A DNA stretch of 64,000 bases from the human T2T-CHM13v2.0 reference genome, Homo sapiens, in the NCBI RefSeq assembly GCF_009914755.1, contig NC_060929.1. One strand, written 5' to 3'. Both the position numbers and the translations under genes were made by a program. Positions within the stretch are counted from its first letter, which is position 1. Every line of letters starts with the position of its first letter. Under the pieces are notes generated by a model, which ran no database searches, was not told the origin of the DNA, and saw only the letters and a program-made list of their open reading frames with translations. Below are positions 16,241 through 32,429 of this stretch, piece after piece.

Positions 16241-18039
16241 TAAATAGGAAAAAGAAAAACTGAAATCATGCCCTACTTTTAGCAGTGGTCCTGTTTTGCA
16301 GGTGTGAGAAGGAGGGAGGAGGAAGGGAGAGGTGGAATACAAGAGAAGGAGCTGAGCATGAACACAACAGAGCATGCAAGAAGGTTTTTTGACTCCATGA
16401 AATGCTGAGATGTGGACAAAGCAGCCTTCCAGGGAGCCCGTTCCCATCCCTGCATGGTACCCTTCATGCTAAGCAGTGTCCTTCAGTGAAGGGTGGGGTG
16501 AGAGAGGGAGGGAGAAAGACAGAGGTTACTGTGACTGAGATGGTTCAAGGGTAAATCCATAGTAATTCTGTACTTAGGACAAAAGTATGGTGTTCTAAGT
16601 AACCCCTGTGGCTCTAAGGCACACAAGTCATATCTAATGAGGACAGATTTTCACTGTGAACAAGGGTCCCTAACCTCAGTTTTGCCTTTTCTGTGGCACC
16701 TACTCTGGCTCCAGGGCAGTGGTTACAGCGAGAGTGGGTTTCTTTGAGTCAGCTAGCTGTTTAGGAAGAAAATACATTTTATGAATGAGGAATGACTCAC
16801 AGACACATTTTGAAATTTAGTTTCATATGTTATACAATGCTGCTAATTTTAAACTCCAGAGCAAAAGTTAGGAATTACATCTTTATTTCTCTGTTTTGCG
16901 TTTTTGGGGGGAGTGAACAGGGGGAGCTTCTTTTCAATAAAGCGAAAGAAATGCTCTAATACAGAGGAGAAAAGAGGACCAAACAGGGACCATTCTCTAT
17001 ACAGACATTTGTCTGAGGAGAGAAAGGTGTTCAAGAAAAGCAGTGGAAAGGTTAAGGGACCATCCAAAGAGAGATCCAAGCCCTGCTCTGAGGCTGTTGA
17101 CCAAGCTCCTCATCAGCCTGGACAATGCACACATTGGCAGGAGAGGAAACGTTTGGAGAGTTTCTGGAACAACATGTGGGCTGGCTTAATCATAAAGCCT
17201 CAAGGTTGGCAAGCCAGAGGGCCTGCTCCTGAACTTAAAGAACATAAACACAGCCTCTCAACTGCCAGCCATAAAAGTAAACCATCGTCACACTGCACCA
17301 AAAAAAAAAAAAAAATTTGATTTGATGAGAAAAAAAGATCTTAAACAGCTGTCCATTCAAACCCAATCACCCAGCAGTGAATCTGTTGATTCTAAGCTCG
17401 TTTGTGGGCTTGGGGAAGCCTCATGGAGATGCAAACCTGATCTTAATCTTGCAGGACCAGACTCACAATTTTATTGTGTTTTCAAAATCACAGCAAGTTC
17501 TCAAAACAACCTGCATGTTTATCTTCGAATATTTACCCAAATACCCTGAATGTACAGCTGTCCCATAGGAATGGCAATGGGCATCACAAGGGGACACAGG
17601 TCCTGATTTCTGTGTGGGACCTCAGGTGTCCTCTGTGGTTGCCTCAAGTTTGTTTCCCCTGACGCTTAACTAATACCTTCAGATTCCCAAAGAAAACTGC
17701 CAAGCTGATTCCAAAAGTCCCTGCCTTCACCTGTGTTTAGCATCATGTGTAGATTTAACCACCACTTATCGGACACATGTTAACACTTACTTTGAATATC
17801 TAGCATTCAGAAGAAAGAGTGTAGAGCGGAAAGAATCAGAAAAACTAGGATCAAATCCCAGCTTTGCTAACCCTAGTATTTGGGCTATGCCTCAGTTTTC
17901 TCATTGCCTTAAGACCGGAATAGCGTTACAAAATTTTGTTGAAAAAAAATATGGAAATCCCTAGCACCACAGGTGCTCCTTCCTTTTCCTGGAGGTGTCT
18001 GTTCCTCTTAGAGATGCTACAGCTTTAAAGCAGGGTAGC

Positions 18040-18232
18040 ATCCTAAACTCAGATGTACATGGAAAACGGAATTGGGTTGATTCTATTAATTACAAGCAAG
18101 TCAGTAAGGCCAGTGCAGATTCAAGGATATAGGATGAGATTCCACCTGTTAATGGGATGTGGCCAGTTCACATTCCGAAAAACATGTGAGATGAGACATA
18201 GTACTGTGGTCTTGGGAAATACGATCTGCCAT
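18040..18232 (-). mobile_element. MaLR LTR fragment (MLT1)
   Basis: aaggccagtgcagattcaagg...gattccacct...aaatacgatctgcca. Confidence 0.55.
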
Positions 18233-19554
18233 CCATGGTTTGCCATATAACCCACTTTTGAAGATCAGAAGCTGAAAACAGGCTGTTGGTGTTTTCTTTG
18301 TAATAAATTCCAATTTCTCCTTAGCCAGATGCTTAAATGAAACTAGCACAAATGATTTTTTTATTCAAAAAGACAAAAGAGAAAAGTATATTAAACATTA
18401 TAGAACATGATCACAAATGCACCTCTAATTAAATTAAATTGACAATGTTCCTGAGCCATGACCTCATGGATAGAGTGGCTTGGCTTCCTAAAGGCCTAGG
18501 TAACAAGTAAGGGGGATATGGCAAACTCTCCTATTGAATTAGCTTTTCTTAAAAATTCTTTTTTATTAAAGCAGTACTGTATAAACGTTGCTATGTTCTA
18601 TCAGAATCTATTTGAGTGAAAAATAAATAAATACAGTTACTGTGTGCCTCAGGTCTTACTAAACAGTCCCTCTTCTGAAGAAAAGACCAATTTGAGAAAA
18701 AAATTAACATTTGGGTTCAGAATAAAACTTTTTTCCCCTGGAGAATACATATTTTGGTTAAAAAAAAGTTTAAGTCTGTATAAGTTGTTTTTTAAGCAGA
18801 AATATAAATTAGTCAAAACAGTGGGACATGACTTAAATTATAATCAATTTTATCCCATGTAATACAATTGGGTATCTACTTACAGTAAACAAAAAAGATG
18901 AACTCTTTCTTTTTATGAAGTTTATATGATGAAATTCATTCCACATTGTTTCACTGAAATATTCTTAAGAAATTAAACTGTTTTGTTAAATCATGACATT
19001 GCTAGGTAATATCTTAAAAAAATTATTCCTAAATAATAATCATCAATGATTTGCAGTTATTTTGAATCAACCTAGGGTGGAAAAAAAGTAATCATTAGGC
19101 AGTTATTACCAAACCTCTTTTTCATTTGTATTTTCATTTGTATATATAAGGGGGAGGAGCACCTTGTAAAAACTATATTCACATCCCTACAGGATTAGAC
19201 TGGTTTAGAGAAGTAGAAAAATATAGTTTAAAAACAAATAGAGAAATTCAGAGAGTCATTAGATATGAAAAGCAAACATAATTAAAAATAAAATTAATTA
19301 AATCATCCCTGAGGGATGGAGAGAAGAGAAGATGGTTATTTTTGTACTCGCTTCAGGGAAAGCCTAACGGAAAAGTATGGCATCCAAGAATCTTCTCTTC
19401 CTGCTCCCAATCAGTCAGGGCTTCTTTACCATTCATCTCTTTCCATTCCACACATGTTTGAAGGTTCATCTATATTTTAAAGGCTGCTGGTCCTCCCTGT
19501 ATTTTATAGGCTGCTGCTAGTATTATTTTATCCTAGTTTTTACAGTCCAAATAC

Positions 19555-19594
19555 TATTTTGTATTCTGCAACTTTATTTTGTATTCTGCAACTT
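19555..19594. repeat. 20-bp perfect tandem duplication
   Basis: tattttgtattctgcaactt x2. Confidence 0.9.
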
Positions 19595-19609
19595 TAATAA
19601 GATCTTTTA

Positions 19610-20040
<431 letters not shown>

Positions 20041-20639
20041 TAAGAACCACATAATCTAGGCAGAACATAACAACAGGAAGCTATAAAAGTTTTTTTTTTT
20101 TTCCATTCTTGAATCTGGGTCCTGACATTCACAACATGTTTGTTAAAGAAAACAGAACAAAATGAACAAACAAACAAAAAACCAAAAAAACTTCCTGCTC
20201 TCATTTAGTTTAGGGAATGCTCTTTAACTAACATAAACGTTCCTTACTTGATCATCACCCCCGGTTTTCACATACCTCCTATCTGCATGCATTCATGAGA
20301 CATATATCATATTTGGCAGTGAAAGTCAAGAGATGAATCTGATGTTGGACTAGCCTTCAGCCTAGCATTCAACAACTTGCATGACTATAAAGTGTGAAGT
20401 AAATGCCTAGAAGGATTGCTGCCTGCCATAGCTACAGAAAATGTTCTGGGTTCATGTGCATCATAGAGTAACCTCCTGGGCAATTAGCAGTGGTATTTTT
20501 ATAAACGATGACACCAGTTACTCTGGGCAGATAGAGCTTGTGAAGTACCCTAGTGCTTCAGCAATGGCTTTGAGAGTGTAGGTCAAAATTCTTAATTGCC
20601 TGGAGTTGCTCTGGAGCATGTGAGCTTAACTTTATTGTG

Positions 20640-21440
<801 letters not shown>

Positions 21441-21640
21441 CTGTTCATTACAAATACAAATGTTAAAAGCTTGGTCTGAAGTCCAATTTTAGGTGACCAA
21501 AATTTGAGCCAATAATTTTTAAAAAGAAATAAAATCCAAAGAAATGAAAGCTTTTATTGAAAACTGTTTTGTTGGAGGTGGCAGCCAGTTATTGACATTA
21601 AATTTAAAGGAGAGTGAATTTCATCATGACAAAAAGTGGC

Positions 21641-22123
21641 TGTTACAGGTAAAATAATGACCCTCCCCCAAAAGATGTCTTTACCTAAATCCTGGAACCT
21701 GTGAATACGTTCAGGGACTTTGCAGATGTGGTTAGGTTAAGGATCTTGAGATGGGGAAATTGTCCAGGTGGGCCCAGTGTAATCACCTGAGTCCTTAAAA
21801 GCAGAGAACCTTTCCTGCCTGTGATCAGAGAGAGATGTGATAGATTATGAAGGGCCAGAGAGATGCAGCATTACTGTCTTTGAGGATAGAGAAAGGGAGC
21901 CACGAACCAAGAAATATGGACAGCCTCTGGAAAATGGGAAAGGCAAGAAACAGATTCTATCCTAAAGCTTCCAAAAAGAAGACAGCCTTACTGTAACCTT
22001 GATTTTAGCCCGGTGAAACCTATGTTTGGACTTCCAACCTCCAGAGCTGTAAGGTAATGAATGTGTGTTGTTTAAGCTGCTGTTTGTGGTCATTTGTTAG
22101 AGCAGCAATAATAAAGTAATACA
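21641..22123 (+). mobile_element. MLT1D-like solo LTR
   Basis: TG...CA ends; gggactttgcagatgtg, ccttgattttagccc, ttgttagagcagcaata motifs. Confidence 0.85.
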
Positions 22124-22231
22124 CCAGCTATTTCTGCACCTTCATACATTCTGTAGCCTAAATTCTTAGCACATGGTTTGTACAGACCACTTAGAACTGC
22201 TCAGACTGAAAAGCCTCATTTTGGCAGAGAC

Positions 22232-22534
22232 TTTTTTTTTTTTTTTTTTTTCTGAGACTGAGTCTCCCTCTGTTGCCCAGGCTGGAATGAAGTGGCATGA
22301 TCTCGGCTCACTGCAGCCTCCACCTCCTGGGTTCAAGCCATTCTCCTGCCTCAGCCCCTGAGTAGCCGGGATTACTGGCGCTTGCCACCGCACCCAACTA
22401 ATTTTTGTATTTTTAGTAGAGAAGGGGTATCACTATGTTGGCCAGGCTGATCTCGAACTCCTGACCTCAGGTGATCTGCCTGCCTCAGCCTCCCAAAGTG
22501 CTGGGATTACAGGTGTGAGCCACCGCACTTGGCC
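22232..22534 (-). mobile_element. AluS
   Basis: Antisense Alu; TSD tggcagagac. Confidence 0.95.
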
Positions 22535-22544
22535 TGGCAGAGAC

Positions 22545-22930
22545 ATTTAATGCTCACTGAATACATCTGCATCACCTGCCTTTCCCAGTCTCTGTGTAGT
22601 TAGGTAGGGTTGTGTGGTTTGCTCTGACCAGTGTACTGTGAGTTTAGGTGACAGATGTCACCTTCCAGGCTCAGACAATGAAAAGCCTCTGTGCAACCGT
22701 TTGGCTTGTTCTTTCCCCACCTGGGCAAATTGGAAGACTCATGTTGAGGTAGTTGCTGCTACTAGATGCAAATATCCTGAATCCCTGGGCTTTTGCTGAA
22801 AAGGAGCTGCCTGGAGGACCACTGGGAGTACAGAAGATTTTGCATGAGTAAAAAATAAATTTTTATGTCTTAAGCCACTGAAGTTTACAGATTGATTTGT
22901 TTCTGTAGACTAACTTAGTCTATCCTGATG
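22545..22930 (+). mobile_element. MLT1J-like LTR
   Basis: aataaattttt...ttaagccactga...gatttgtt...tatcctga 3' end. Confidence 0.65.
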
Positions 22931-23724
22931 AGTTAGAATAAGGGCTACCTCAGGAGACAAAAGTTTCAACCTATCAAGTTTAATGTGAAAACTAATTTCT
23001 AATTCAGTCTCTCTTATTAATCTATGAAGTTGCGTCTTTAGGCTTCGGATTCCCTCTATGCATAATAAGGAGATATGCAATTTTATATAGCACTTGGAAA
23101 AATATTGAATATTATTTAAGTGACTATTCCCTTTATTTGTGGTGTTTACATCATATAATGATGAATTTTAATTTAGAAAACAAAAAGAAGTTTTGCATTT
23201 TATTAAAAAGTAATACTTTTTCTGTCATTGACTGGTAATGCTGATGCAGATACCATGCTTTCATGTCAAGTTCACAATTTATGTGATGAAAATTGCCCTT
23301 TTTCAAAATATTTCACGTTTAAGACCTTTGACAAGATACTAATACACTTTAGCAAAATAGCATACTTACAGCTATCAAAAGGTGTGACTGACATGAAAAG
23401 TAAACTCACAGCCTATGTTTCTTTTCTAAGAGAATTGGAATGCAAAAAAAAAGTAAGCCAAAAGCATAGTCTATTTTAAGTAATGGCTTAGTATTTTCCA
23501 TTTAATCATCCAAGGTGAGAATCATAGCTCAAAAAAAAGCAGGGATTACCCAATTTCACTCCTTTATTTGATGGATGAGAAAACTGAGAATTGCAGAAAT
23601 TAACTAATTTATGCCAGGTAGCCAATAGGGAGAGAGATATCATTCCTGAGGGGAAATCTAAGTGCAGGTAGAAAGCAGCAATTTTGTCAAAGGCAAGCTG
23701 GATTTGCCTGATCAAAAATCACTT

Positions 23725-24832
23725 CTTTTTTTTATAACTGTTTTTTTATTGTGGTAAAATATATACAACATACAATTCACATTTTGGCCATTTTCAAGTG
23801 TACAATTCAGTGCCATTAAGTACATTCACGTTGCTGTGCAACCATCACCGCCACCATCCACCTCCACAACTTTTCCTTCTCTCAAACTGAAACCCTCTGC
23901 CCACTGAAAAATAACTGCTCTCCCCCGCCTGCAGGTAACCACCATTCTGCTTTCTGTCTCCATGAATTTCACTATTCTAGGTACCTCCTACAGGTGGAAT
24001 CACACAATATTTGTCCTTTTGTATCTGGTTTATTTCACTTAGGAAATGTTAAGGTACATCCATGTTGTAGCATGTATCAGAATTGCATTATTTTAAAGAC
24101 TGAATAGTTTTCCATTGTATGTATATACCACATTTTGTTCAACCAATCATCTGACAATGGACATTAGGGTTGTTTCTACCTTTTGGCTGTTGTGAATAAT
24201 ATTGTTATGAGCACAGGTGTACAAACATCTATTTGAGGCTAGGTGCAGTGGCTCACACCTGTAATCCTAGCACTCTGAGAGGCTGAGGGGGGTGGATCAC
24301 TTGAGCCCATGAGTTCAAGACCAGCCTGGGCAACATAGGGAAACCTCAACTCTACAAAATATACAAAAATTAGCCAGGCATGGTGGCACATGTCTGTGGT
24401 CCCAGCTACTTGGGAGGCTGAGGCAGGAGGATCACCTGAGCTCGGGAGTTAGAGGCTGTAGTGAGCCATGACCACACCACTGCACTGCAGCCTGGGCAAC
24501 AGAGTAAGATCCTGTCTCCAAAAAAACCCCAACAAAAACAAATATCTATTTGAGTTCCTCCTTTCAGTTCTTTTGGGTACATAGCTAGAAGTGAAATTTC
24601 TAGGTCACATGGTTGTTCTGTTTAATTTTTGAGGAGCTGGCACATCATTTTTCACAGCTGCTGAACCATTTTACATTCTTATCAGCAGTGCACCAGGATT
24701 CAAATTTTCTCTACATGTTTGCTAACAATTGATATTTTGAGGGTTCTTTGGTTTTTGTTTTTTTGTTTGGTTGGGTTTTTTTTCACGATAGCCATCCTAA
24801 CAGGTGTGAAGTGTTAGCTCATTTTGGTTTTG
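23725..24832 (-). mobile_element. L1MB 3' region, split by an AluJ
   Basis: aagtgtacaattcagtg...accattctgctttctgtctccatgaattt...gccatcctaacaggtgtgaagtg. Confidence 0.85.
24237..24540 (+). mobile_element. AluJ
   Basis: Full Alu; TSD aaa(c/t)atctatttga. Confidence 0.9.
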
Positions 24833-25260
24833 AAAAAAAACACATCTTTATACTACTGAAAAGCTCTACCACTACCTTGTTTGAATTTGGAAAAAGTTAC
24901 AAGGAGTCATATCTGTGAACAAAGTCCAAGAAACCCACAAGTTAGCCATAATTTTAGTGTCTACAGAGACTAAACAAATAAATAAGAGCAGAACAAAAAA
25001 TAAAATAATTCATTTATATAGGGGTATTTTTTTCAAATTTTATGTTTTAAAACAAACTGAAATGTTTTATTTTACCTAATTTAAAACTTCAGATTTGGGT
25101 TATAAAGTTATCTCAAGTAATTTACATTGAAAACAATTTTGCATATTACAATTCTTCAGTTATTGTGATCCAATATTAGTATCAATTATAGTAATTTTAG
25201 ATATAAAAAACTATTCTAATTATTTATTTCCTTTCTCAACAGAGAGACTAATATAAATAG

Positions 25261-25343
25261 ATGTTAAAGTCTGACATCTATTCAAAGTTTTGCTTTTAAA
25301 ATAAATGTTAAAGTCTGACATCTATTTCAAAGGTTTTGCTTTA
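25261..25343. repeat. About 44-bp imperfect tandem duplication
   Basis: atgttaaagtctgacatctatt(t)caaag(g)ttttgcttt x2. Confidence 0.9.
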
Positions 25344-28300
25344 TCTTAATCAGCTATTTCAAGTAATTAATGATTTTTGCCTCGATTTTACTTCAAAAGG
25401 GTTTAAATTTTCATTATATCTGTCTGTTACCAGTGGCTGAAACTGGTAGAAGTAATGTAGCTCACATAACAAGATTTATTATTTATCAAAAATTAAGTCA
25501 TCAAAAATCTTTGGTATGCTGGTGACTCTTCTCTCAAAAGAAAACCTACAAAAATCTTTAGCCGGTTTGTAAAATTAGTTGAATCCATATGAACTGAAAA
25601 TCCAGATATTTAATCTGATAACCCAGAGCATTCTGCCTATCTAGACCAAATAGAAATGGTGCATAAACTCTTTAAGTCATAATCAGGTTGTAATAAACAG
25701 GCAGTGTATTTGTGAAGGAAGGAAGATTATTGCCTACTCAGGGTTGGTACTTTCTAAGACTACAACCACAATTTAATGGTTTTGGATAAACCATTAAAGA
25801 TTGGCTTAATGCCATTATCGTGCTCACCTGTAGAGGACCCATCTCATCTAATGTCTCGTCTTATACACACACAGACCACACACATCTCACAGCTTGTTCA
25901 GCACTGGGACAGCTAACTTCATGCTTTTTTTTGTTTCCAGATAGATGATTATTTTGGAGGGGGAAATGCTCAAAACATACTAATAATCCAAACACATTTA
26001 TTTCCCCTGGTCATATAATTTAACAGCTCTTTGATATGGGACAAATCAGTTTCTCCCCTTAGGAATTTAGAGGTCTACAGGTTCTTACTCAGAACTAAAT
26101 GAAATACAATTATATGAACAGGGTTTTTCTAAATCTTAATTTTCAAAGAAGTGTAAAGGGGTATTATTCTTAAAGTAATACTATAAGTCATTCTTTTACT
26201 TTCCCAAAACAGAATAAAAACCTCAAACAAATTAGATTAGAAATAAAGTTTAACATCACTTCTTCCTGCTAAAATATAATCATGTTGGCGTTGTCACATG
26301 CTCAAGAAAAACTTAAAACTGTTATATTTGTACCTGAGTTGAATTTTTATACTGGGAGAACACTAATATTTTGAAATATCCTCTGATATGATTTATAGAC
26401 TTGGTAATTTTATTTTATTTTTATTTCTCCCTCGCATTTCCTTTTGTCATTAAGTGTAAACCTTGTGGGAGGCTGAGGGTTACTCCTCAGGGTAGGGAAG
26501 AGTAAACACTGCATAGTACAAAGAATAACTGTTCAACTTTGGCATTCAAGTTGAGATTTTTAAGCTCTATAGGGAAATAATGGTTGTGAAAATCAGGTTT
26601 TGAGAAGAAAAAATGATTTTCTCAGACTCTCAAAATCATATCTTCATAGGTTGAGTTGCACAAAATTTTTAACATTCAACCATTTTTTGACCAATGAAAT
26701 GTAACTTTATTATTGTTCAATTTATAGTGTATATCAAGAACTCAAGCTTGGAGAATTGGCCCTAGATTACAGCATGAAGAAGAAAGGGAGGTCATATGAT
26801 GTGATATAAAGAAAATGCTTACCTTTTTGTTGCTAGAAGGAGGAGCTGAAGAGAGAATAGGGAGAAAGGTCTGTGAAGGCAGACACAAGATCAACCCCTG
26901 GGCGAGAGCAGTGGACAGGGAGATACACACCCAGGTGGGTCTGGGGCCAATTTCACTGCCTCACCACACAGAGCCTGAGGACTTTTCAAGGCCCTTCACA
27001 ATACCTTACGTTGACTGGCCACAAGTAGGAGCACTTCTGTTTCCAAACTGCAAGGACTGAGTTACCCTAAATGGGCAAGTTTAAGTTCACTTCTTCCCCT
27101 TGCTACTATGCAAGAATAGAAGATCAATAAAAAGAAGAAATCAATTAAATTTTGAGGTATTCCATACTAGATTTAGATAAACATGTTCTTCAAAATGGGT
27201 TGCATTTAGGAAGAAAACAGACTTTTCCTATTTTTAACATGTTTGCTACTTTCTAACTTGCTACCTAATTTGCAGTCTTTTGTGTCCTTAGTATACAATA
27301 GTTCCAATATCAACAGCTGTAAAGTGACACAATTCATTCATTGTCACATTGCTAGTTAATGGAAAAAAAAAACTAGAAGCAACTTTCATATTTTCTGAGC
27401 TTGGTCCAGGGCACTTCCTAATAGCATTACTTTATTTTTAAGCTTTAGTTATAAAGTGCTAAGACAATGATGCACTGAAGTTTACTGGACTAATGATAAA
27501 TTCTTCTTTTTAAAATTTTCTGGTCAAAATAGATGAATAGAAGTGTTCAAAGCTTGACAGAATGGTTTATATATATATTTTAATTCTTAAGGGAGACCAC
27601 AATCTCAATTCATCTCTACAATGGCTTTTATTGCTTCTTCTATGAAAAGGAATCAATACAAGGATCAAATTTCCGTATTTTCAAAATGTGCTCATTTTAA
27701 TTTGGCACAGTTTCCTCATTTCCTCTGTGGATGCCAAGAAAAGCACCTGTGTGAAAAAGGCTTATGTTAAACTTAGACAAAACAGGCCAAGTGCCTATAA
27801 GAAGATGAAAACAATCAGAATGTGTTGCAAAGAAAAGTTGACCTTTCTGAGCCTCCAAAGCCTCAGATTTGCATCTTCTGCATGAAGCTAGAGGCTAGAC
27901 TCTTCCTGTCTTATTTATTATCTGAAAATAATATGTGCCTTTATGGCTGTCAAGATGATGAATGTAAAATCCTCTATCAACCTTTAAACAAGATCACTGC
28001 TTGGTGGGTCCTTCGAAGCTTTTGGCATCTTCACTAAATAAAAATTGCAAAAGCTCAACACACAAGAATGGGTGGCAGCTCTTTAGACTGGCTTCTTAAG
28101 TAAATTAACTAATACAAAGAATTCAGATCCAGATAAAACCAATGTGGCTGGCTTTCTCAGATCTGTGGGTTAGTGCATCCATCTTTACTAGCAAGTGATT
28201 GGTGCAATATAAAAGGAAACTTCCAGCTGTGCTTATAAATGGTTGGGTGTGTAGTTAGGGAAATCCATACAAACATAAACTCCCAGTGTTGAATTAGTGA

Positions 28301-28899
28301 TTGTTCAGAACTGAACAAATATGTAGAAGCGTAAATAACTGAATGTAGCACAATTCCCCAAAAAGTCCCATTGTTTCCCCGCTGCAGTAAACATGGAGAT
28401 TTCTTTTCCCATGCAGGAGCCACAGGAAAGGTGGTATCCAGTAGTAAGTAGAGGACCACTGACTCTCCAGATCACAGTATTTCACATGACCCCATACACA
28501 GGCTAACAGCAGTGTCCTGCCAAAGTATAACCCATGGGGAATAGGCCTTTGAGGTTGTTTAAAAGTGGCAGACTGTGAGAGAGAAGCATATTTCCTTTCT
28601 GGGAGCCTAATTTAGCTGGAAAATGAAGATAGGCAGAATGTGAGTTTCCTGTAGCTTCATGCATTGTGTAATTTTATTAGACATAAAAAAAAAACTTCCT
28701 CTGAATGACTTATATTAACCAACTGAGATGTTTACTTTTATGTAAAATGTGACCTTCAAACTATGTAAACAATATCATCCAATAAGAACACAAAATATTA
28801 ATAGCTACCTAAAATGCCCATCACGGTCAGTCCAATTATCAAATCCTGCAATGGAAATCGCTTTCTTTAATTTCACAAGGCATGCATTGAGTCCCACAA

Positions 28900-29100
28900 T
28901 ATGTGTATGTATGTCAACAAATATTTGTGGAACATCCATTGTGGGTCATAAAATTGTTCAAGCCCAGGGGACATGAAGACAGGTAACACAGTGTCTCTAA
29001 CCCCAAGGAATTTTCATGCCAGAGTGAGGAACAGACATGTAGACAGGCAAACACTAAGATTAATGCGGGGTGTTATGATGGCTGAAGAGAAGCTGGGAGC
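28900..29100 (-). mobile_element. L2 fragment
   Basis: tcaacaaatatttgtggaacatcc...acagacatgtagacagg. Confidence 0.5.
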
Positions 29101-29431
29101 TAAACCTACTGTTGGTATATAAGTCTCTGTAATCCTCATGGCTCTGGAGACATTACCAGTTACTTGTAATACTAATGGACAAATCCTGCATCCTTTTCTT
29201 TGAAGTGATCAAAAGAAGCTGAAAAAGCATGTATTATATTCTTCTCAGCACCATAAGTTCATGCACTCTATAATTTAGATATATTTATTGATAGATATAG
29301 ATATACAAAGAGACAATTTTTCCTTCTAGGTCCATAAAGGGGTACAGTAAACTTACTAAACAATGTACAGTAAACTTGAAAAAGGGAGTGACAGATAATA
29401 CAACAATTCTCTATCTTTTGCCTTATACCAC

Positions 29432-29962
<531 letters not shown>

Positions 29963-30339
29963 AAAAAAAATTTTTGTCAGGAAACAAGGAAACAACATCA
30001 AGCAAGGAAACGCTACTGACAGTATATTCAGGCTATTTTTCCAGTAGCCTCCCCTTAAAGCATAAATTATGAGTCCTCCTTAACAGAGTACAACAATGGG
30101 TTGTATAGCTGTTTTCCTTATCTCTAGTGAGAATAGATTCCTGGGTTTAGCAAAAAAAAAAAAAAAAAAAAAAATGAAGCTGTACTTTACACTTCTTTTT
30201 TTAACTGTAATGTTTAGAGGTTATACTAAAGATGTTTAGAGCTTACTCTGGGAAGCCAAGGGCTTCTGCACTTGCAGACATCACAGGAGAACACCGAGCC
30301 TCTGTGATAGTGGGAGGTTTCTCGGCAAGGGAGGCAGCC

Positions 30340-30510
30340 TCTTATCAGAGGTGGATTCCTTGTGGTGATAAGAAGGTGTTCATTGGAGCTATTATATCCA
30401 AAAGATGCAGGATTACCTGGGGAGGAGGAACTCTTCACTCTCTGCTTAGGTATTTGAAGCAACTGGAAATTTCTGCTATAGGTTCTTTCTTCCATTCAAC
30501 TCTCAATGAG
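30340..30510 (+). mobile_element. Possible L3/CR1 3' fragment
   Basis: gagct...tccaaaagatg...tacctggggagg...ggtatttgaagca resembles the CR1/L3 3' end; very diverged. Confidence 0.35.
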
Positions 30511-32019
30511 TTCCACAACGCTTCCAGTGAAACTTCCTATGGCTTGCTGTATATACTGCAAAACCAGGCTTATACCTAATCATAGAATAAAACACAGTCA
30601 GTTCCACATTGCTCTACCCTTCACCATGTTAATTAGGGTGGGTGACACTGTAGGTGTGTTCTGCACTGGCCCTGACCAACACATGGTCCCATCATCAAAA
30701 GTCAAACTGTCCAAAAGCTTTTCCATGCCCTATTGACAGCTAGCTGTATTGTTTAGCCATAGAGGAAATGTTCTGGTTTATATGTGAACTTTCTGGAGAT
30801 AGCATGATTCAAGGACAAGACAAATGGTTTTGGGGTCAAGCAGATATGAACTTAAGTCCCAGCTCCATAATTTTTCAGCTGTGACCTGGGGTAATTCTGC
30901 AAAAGCATGTATTATGATGCCTAGTCTACAGACCAACAAACTAAAGCCCAGAGAAGCTCCAGGAACACAATAAGAAAAGGAAGGTCTAGGAAGAATTCAA
31001 ATGCAGATGCCACTTTACCATATTTTCCAAAAGATTGTGTCTTCTCCTCCCTGGCCTTTGAATGTTCCACTTGTTCAGATTACCATCTGTGATAAACCTA
31101 CGTTTACCTCTTCATTGTTGGCCACCTTAGTAACTGAGTGGTTCTACATCTTGAGGCCTCACTGACCACCAAAGAGAGAGAAAATATCCTGAGTATCCTG
31201 GAAAAGGGATTTTTAGGTTCACTTCTACCTAGACCACTGCTTTTTATTAGAAATGGAAGTGAGATCAGATTTTTAAACCCAGCTGCAGTTACTGTGGTTA
31301 AAGCTGATGTGGAGGTCAAGTCTATTTGAAAATTTTAAAACATATGAAAAGACATTTAGAATCCCTGGAGATAAAGAGGAAAGAGCCTTAGAAGAATTTT
31401 CTCCTGGACATCTCTGGAGATCTTAGGAGTAGTTAACAAGAATAGGTCTTTTAGATTGGGATCTGTTGTCAACTTCCTCAGATAAAACCAGATGAACTGC
31501 CTGAAGACAAGATAGTTCTTCCAACCAGTAGTTCATGCATAATAGCACATGTGCTGGAGTTAATAAGCTTGGCAAGACCCAAACATCTTGATTCCTTGAC
31601 TTACCCCATGTGGAGGTAGATGGAAAAAACAATAAAGAACAGGGATGAAGGAATACATAGCTATGCCTAACAATTTGAGTTTGCTTTGACTGGTATTTTA
31701 TGGTATATTTGTATGAATGTGAATAAAAATGGAGAGGGGGGTAGAAATTAAAATAATGGGGAGAAAGGCAGAATTATGATAACTTGGTAAATAGTCCAAA
31801 ACCAAAATAACTTCTCCTTGGAAATTATAGCAGAGAGAATGAGTAGGAGGAAAGACTGATCTAGTGATAATGAATTTCATGGAGAAAATAAGGCTCACAT
31901 TTTTTGGATGTGGAGAGCTGATTGGTTCAGGATGTTTGTAATGGAGAAACTCACATTCTTGCTTAATAAATCTTGCCTTGCAGAGCTACATATGAAAATT
32001 TCTTCTATACTGTCTGCCC

Positions 32020-32320
32020 TGACTAGTATGTCTATAATGTCTTATCTGAAGCTTGGGGGCCAAATATGTTTCAGAATGTGGACTTTTTAAGATGTGAAAA
32101 GTAACCCAGGTATGGTCTGGGACAATATTCTAGTATCAAATATAATAATATTTACACCAATGTATAAATACTATAAATAGCCTCCCATCAGTTCATATCA
32201 GGTTTTGCTGCCAAATGAATTGAGATTAGGTCAGGTCAGATTTTGCCACCAGATGACCTATGAAAAACTTAAATTTTCCAGAGGATTTAAAAAATAGAAC
32301 TATGAGATTGTGAACCTGTA
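32020..32320. mobile_element. Tigger-family MITE (MER46C-like)
   Basis: cttatctgaagcttgggggccaaatatgtttcagaa...tcaggttttgctgccaaatg...ttgtgaacctgta. Confidence 0.5.
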
Positions 32321-32429
32321 CAAATGGTAACTTTTACTTGACTATTCTACTAAACAAAAATATCAGTTGATTTACAGGAAGATGGAAGACTTTGATTTGG
32401 GCAACGTGCTTGGAGATAGGGTACAGTCA

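Noticed and set aside
16904-17320. 138-aa ORF
   Set aside because: Non-ATG start, no recognisable homology, and it ends in a genomic A run.
30151-30579. Poly(A) run plus overlapping 115-aa and 89-aa ORFs as a processed pseudogene
   Set aside because: The A run is on the wrong side or strand for either ORF, no parent protein is recognised, and part resembles an old CR1/L3 fragment.
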